DNA of 64,000 bases from Glycera tridactyla. Its lineage: Eukaryota. Both the position numbers and the translations under genes were made by a program. The DNA lies in assembly GCA_965644265.1 (NCBI GenBank), contig OZ286464.1, forward strand, positions 13,268,001 through 13,332,000. The letters run 5' to 3'. The notes beneath the pieces were generated by a model. That model saw only the letters and a list, made by a program, of their open reading frames with translations, made no database searches and was not told the DNA's origin. This document shows positions 58,531 through 64,000 of this stretch, piece after piece; positions within the stretch are counted from its first letter, which is position 1, and each line of letters starts with the position of its first letter.

Positions 58531-59124
58531 ACAACAAGACTACAACAAGTACAATGATGATGATGGATTGTGGATGACCCTATCATTCTGTCATGAATTA
58601 TGTTGGCGGGTGGATTGATGAATGCCGCCTATCTGGGAAACGATGTCAATTCACAAAATATATCAAATTACATATGCCCCCCCTCTCTCTCTCTCACTCT
58701 CTATCTGATGTCAATATGATGTTGCCTGCTTGAATTAGTGATCATCGGATCACATGCATATATTTCTTTGATTCCACAGATATTCACCATATCCTTGGTG
58801 AATATATGTTGCAGATGGTAATCTCCAATGCATGTATCAGTGTGTCTCAGGTGCACAACTGCTGCAGTACTCATTGCCTGGTTTTTGTTGTTGGGTATTC
58901 CGTATCTCTCATCACAGAACATGAGTGTTCAATCATGAAACAGCACAGAAAATTCTGGAAAGTATTTGCTGAAATTGACATCAAGTATCATCATTTGAAT
59001 TTCCTCATGGGAATATCAAAAGGCTAGTTTGAAACCCTCTTAAGCACTTCAACAGAATGTAATATGTGATGCGAGAGCTGATATCAGGAAGCGGACTGTC
59101 AGGGCAGCCCGGGCAGTCCCCCAC

Positions 59125-59566
59125 TAAAGTCTGTCAAGCTTAATCGTGGCGGGTACGTTTTTCGCCCTGGCATCGCGAATTCGCCTCAGATCGAGATGAA
59201 ACTTGCAGACAGACATTGTTCACATCGTTGACGACTAGAAACGTGATCGTGCCGAGGTTCAATTGTTTGTTTCCCCTTAGAATGCCAAATATATCAATTT
59301 CACGCTGCTTTCATGGCGAGTGCGGCGGCCGTATCTTCACTATTTCACATACAAATAATTGCCGATAATGGCGGCGTGTTCGACGAGAAAATGCAGTGAA
59401 ATGATGATACAATCCTCTACAAAGCATGCAGACTAACCGAAACTAGGTTCGTTAATCGCCGGAAGATCTGTGCAATCTATTCGTGCCTTTAAAAGTCAAA
59501 TCAGACGAAAATTGACGAAGTTAGCGTCTGAAACGTACCCGCCACATTTGGATTCGACAGAATTTA
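59125..59566. mobile_element. ~440 bp MITE with 36 bp imperfect TIRs
   Basis: GTGGCGGGTACGTTT (59146-59160) and AAACGTACCCGCCAC (59531-59545) are perfect inverted copies, extending outward to TA termini. Confidence 0.75.
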
Positions 59567-60222
59567 CCCACCTCCAGATACCAGTTCAAGTGTCACATAC
59601 TCATTATGTTCCGCTTCTATCGCATGAGAATGACTTTTTAAGGTAATGAGATTTTATTCGACATAATGCCACTCTTGTGTTCGTTCACTCACATTGACAA
59701 AAAGTCCATTCCTGTGTTCTATTCACTCCTGAGAATGCGTCATGCTAGTTTGACGCTGTCACATCAGCCACGCTCGCTCAGATTACATGACTTCAGTCTG
59801 GATAGATATCACTCTCTCAGGATGATGAAGTAATTTACACACGATAATAAGATACAGATCCCATAGGTGCAGCTGGCCATTGGATAGGTGACCACGACAG
59901 AGGTGGGAGAATGCGTATAGCAGTATGGCTGAGCAATTCACTAAAATATAAAAGTGACCTACTACAAAAGTGGTCTTGGATGCCTTCCACCCAGTGTTGA
60001 GTGGTGTGAGGGCCTATCTGGGATCTGAATGAAATATTTCAGGTTAGTGGTGGTGCTATAATAAGTGACTATAAAAACCAGTGGCATTGATACCCCTCCT
60101 CAGCTTAGATGCGCACCCAAACATGAGAGAGAAGGGTTTAATATCCAATCACAGGCAGAGGGGCTGCGCCTTGCCAAGATTTTACCCGACACCCATGAAT
60201 TGCTGAGAGCAGCACTTGAAAG

Positions 60223-60300
60223 ATCAGGGCCTTCAGGCTTTGACAGTGGTACTAGATTGATATCAGGGCCTTCAGGCTTTGACAGTGGTACTGGATTGAT
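60223..60300. repeat. 39 bp tandem duplication
   Basis: ATCAGGGCCTTCAGGCTTTGACAGTGGTACT at 60223 and 60262. Confidence 0.9.
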
Positions 60301-62959
60301 ATAAGTCCAAACAGCTGAACAAACCGAAACAGTTTCTATTCTTATCACGCTCTTACTATTCACCTCATTTAATGATGTTCATTGCATGCTCTGCTGAAGC
60401 CACGGTTGCTGCTATTGTAGGCAACATCCCGGATATAAGCACTAATATGATATCTTGCCTTTTGAGACAGCCTGGTTGATCGTTCCATATATATCTCATG
60501 TTTTTTCGTCACTTGAAAAAGATTCAGTTTCAGACTAGGAACATGGGCCTCATGTTTCACCAGTCCGAATTGTGATATGCCGCATGCAGAAATGCTCGTT
60601 TGTGGAGGAACTATGCAATACCGCATACTTGCCTAAATGGGGTGGACAGTGTTCCTGATCTAATATTATCTTTAGATAGTTCAGTGAGTCAATAAAAAAA
60701 GATAAGGAAATACTTCGAGTGCTATCAGTGCCACCATTTACAAACCTATTGAGGCATTTGAGTAAAATTCCTCACTGGTGCACTCTGGGATGTTGGTGTC
60801 TTTAAATCGGCTTCTCTTCGCGGAGTAGAACATCATTCGTTTTGATCAAAAATTTATGAAAATCATCCATGAAATTGAATGGAATCGATCAGAAGTCTAT
60901 GTGAACTCGTTGACCATATTTACCATCATGCGCTCCATTCATTGAATGAACTTCTTCCTGCATGAACAAGAATGACATGACATGACAATGAAGTGAAGTG
61001 AAGTGAACTGAATGACAGCAGAACTCCCAGCAGAAAAATCACATATGTACAATTAGTACGAGAAAATAATGTCCCTACATCTAGCAATAGGATACTATAA
61101 CAATCACATCAGACTAACCAATTTATGACCCAATAGGGTCGTGTTGTATTTTTCCTTTCCTACGCCACTGTCCCATATATGGGCAGAGGACCTTATTTCA
61201 CCGGCATTCCCATCCGTCTACATATTGTTCCCTCTATATTTATGATAATCAATATTTTCATTCCCATCTACACAAATCATTGTGGGAAAGGGTAATTCCT
61301 TTAGGTGGAGTTATATGAACGGTTATGGAAAGCCTTCACACACTTTTCAATCCATGTCCGGTGCATTAACATTATTGGACTTGTGGAAATGTGAATGTAG
61401 CGGTTAGATATGTGTGATGGTACATGTCCGGTATTGAATGGTGGAACTTGTGCATTTCGATCAGATGCGGAGTGTCTATACATGATTCACCAGTCTGACC
61501 TGGTCATATGAGACAGTAGGCCAAGCCAAGAGATATCGAAGTGGAGTGTCATACAGAGCATTTTGTCAGATCACCTTGGCATCGATTCACTATCAGCTAA
61601 GTACTTTATTCTACTATTCTGGCCGAGTGTCTAATGGACGACCATCAATAATACACGACAGTGACACCAAGTTTGACAGGCAAATACATGCAAACAATCA
61701 TTTGGAACTGAATAAATGCATGGTAGATGGCAGACATGCAGCTTGTAATTATCATGCACCTATCAAATAGATCCTTGTAACTTCTGTATAGATAATATAG
61801 CAAATACCCGTATGCATTTCTTTTTTCTACATGAGTGATGTTGAATATTGCATTGCTGTATTATTGTGTCACAGTATTATGTGGTGTTGACCACTCTCCT
61901 CATATCAGATGAACCATTTGAAATACAGTTGTCAAAATGAGTTTTAATCTCATTACGTTATTCCAGCATATATTCATAATTATTCTTATCTCAAGAATGG
62001 GAAGCATCATTTGACACCTGCATTTTAGTAACTTCCGGTTCTACATGTATGGACTGCCAGTCTTCTGCGCCGATCACAATGATATCTCGACCTAACCGTG
62101 CACCTCACTAACTCTCATGGTATGGCCCCCTATATTAGGCACTGGCCACAAGGAAGGGGAATGCCGAGACTAACGTCACATTCAGTGAATTACAAAATTC
62201 CGATTTCATATCCTATTTGGGCATGTCCATTCTGATTTCTCTGGAGACCCTGGGGTTAGAATCTGTCTCATTTGATTACAAACTCCTGTTCACTGGTCAC
62301 AATCATCACACATCACGTTGCGAAGTTCGATGTTTCATATGAGGAAAAAAAAGCTATTGTCACTTGCTACAATCATCACACCTCATCAGGTAACATTTCA
62401 CATAAATACAAGGGATCATGGGTCACTGCATGATACAGCGGTGTGAGAGGAGTAGCACCATCTACGGCTGATTATAGGTATCAATAATTCTTCAGTCAGT
62501 CAATAGGGGGCTCTTTAGAAGATGTAGCACTCTACTTAATCACCTTGCACTCCTGCTTTTATACTGATTGTAAATCATGTCTGAGCACTACTTCGTCTGG
62601 GTGGAAGTAGCGCTCTTGTTGTTAACCTATCAATGACAGGCATATGAATACAACAATGACATGGTGTGAGGCATATGAATACAACAATGACATGGTGTGC
62701 ACCACCAACAAAAAATGTAAATCTCTTTATTCATGAAATGGTATGAAAAAGCACCTGTGTACGATGTTCACTATGTCCATTCATTCATGGTCTTTGCTGC
62801 CTGTATTTATCATCTATTGCTGCCGCTAATAGGTCACTACTTTCTACTCTATAAGTTGTGATTCTGTAGATTTTCCCACTGTTCGCCATAGGGCTCTTGT
62901 TCAAAGCTGGAGTGCATCATATTGCCTCCACATCAGGTTGACATACTCTCAGTGTGAAT

Positions 62960-63250
62960 AATTCTGTGATGTAATATTGACAACCAAAAGAAATGATGAT
63001 ACCCCCGCCACCAGATTCACCACTCTCAAAGGTGCGGTCATGCCACAGAAGAATATAGCCTGATACCTCCAGTCAATCATTGGCTGCACTGTCATCCAGG
63101 AATGACTCAGTGAGGACCAAGATGTCCAATTTGCTACGGTGAAGTAATAGGCGGATATCATCTATTTTGGTGTAATATACTCTGGATATTTGAAGTAGCA
63201 GTGTTGATGCCTGGAAGGTTAGATGACGCAGCAGTACTATGATCAAAGTT
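62960..63250 (-). pseudogene. LINE AP-endonuclease N-terminal fragment
   Basis: TKIDDIRLLLHRSKLDILVLTESFLD..SGY..DR..GESGGGV. Confidence 0.8.
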
Positions 63251-64000
63251 CGAAGGGACACTTGCAGATGGGAAAATGTGGGCCATCTTGAGTCTATTGT
63301 CATTAAGAGGCATAACGGTATATATGTTCTAGTGTAGCATGGGTTGGGTTGCGGGCTGCACTCAGAAACCATAGTTATTTACAAATTGCTTGGCGGATAA
63401 GTCTCGGCGGGTATACATTCAGGTAAGTGGTGATGTAATAGTGCGTGCTTATGCATGGGTAGACATGGGCTGCTTGGATATATGCAGAAGCAGTGAACAA
63501 ATCGACAGATTCGAATAAAACGGAACTGGGACAAGTGGATCCCACAATAGTGTTGTCGGCAGCATGGTCTCAAACTGTTGTGTGTAAGTACGGACTGATT
63601 AGATGGATGTGAGAGCAGTAGTCAAGAAGTAAATCAAATGAAGTCACTCAAATCATATAGAATCAAATGTGACTGAGACGATTGAATATCACAACAGTCT
63701 TGTATCAGACATTGGAATTACCATGAATGCAGATTTCGTGTTTGTTATCAAGGTGGTACACAATCATTCAACATCGGACATCATTGTTGTTGATGATACA
63801 GATGTGATGGTGTCATGGTGATGCAAAGAGTGTTTGTATCTGAATACATTGTTGTTACTATGGATTATGTGTTGGCTGTCATAGTGCTGCATATAAGACT
63901 CTATATTGGGAATTGGTAATGTTCGTCATGTATATGTGATGTCATGGTGATGCAAATAAGACTCTGTATCGGAAATCGGTAATGTTCTTCATGTACATGT

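Overview
AT-rich animal (probably invertebrate) genomic DNA made up almost entirely of mobile elements. (1) About 4.4-29.6 kb: a large Maverick/Polinton (adintovirus-like) element with all genes on the + strand. Core genes are protein-primed PolB, rve integrase, packaging ATPase (one frameshift), adenain protease, major capsid, penton and basic core proteins. Its unusually large accessory set includes dUTPase, a deoxynucleoside kinase, a PC4-like protein, a candidate TBP-fold protein, a Cys-rich Zn protein and one or two extra penton paralogues. No terminal inverted repeats were found; both flanks are repeat or satellite arrays. (2) About 36.7-53.5 kb: a decayed Gypsy LTR retrotransposon whose Gag starts with a ComEA-like helix-hairpin-helix. 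It carries a TatD nuclease domain, and RT/RNase H/integrase are absent, apparently deleted. (3) Nested in that gag (39301-48940, TSD GCATC): a full-length CR1/L2-like LINE with an RRM-type ORF1, a separate SGNH-esterase ORF preceded by splice signals, and APE-RT ORF2 carrying a 970-bp tandem duplication. (4) About 55.7-57.9 kb: a spliced host gene on the - strand encoding a secreted F5/8-C (discoidin-like) domain protein. MITEs, a SINE, LINE fragments and microsatellites fill the rest. All protein assignments come from motif recognition by eye; no database searches were run.
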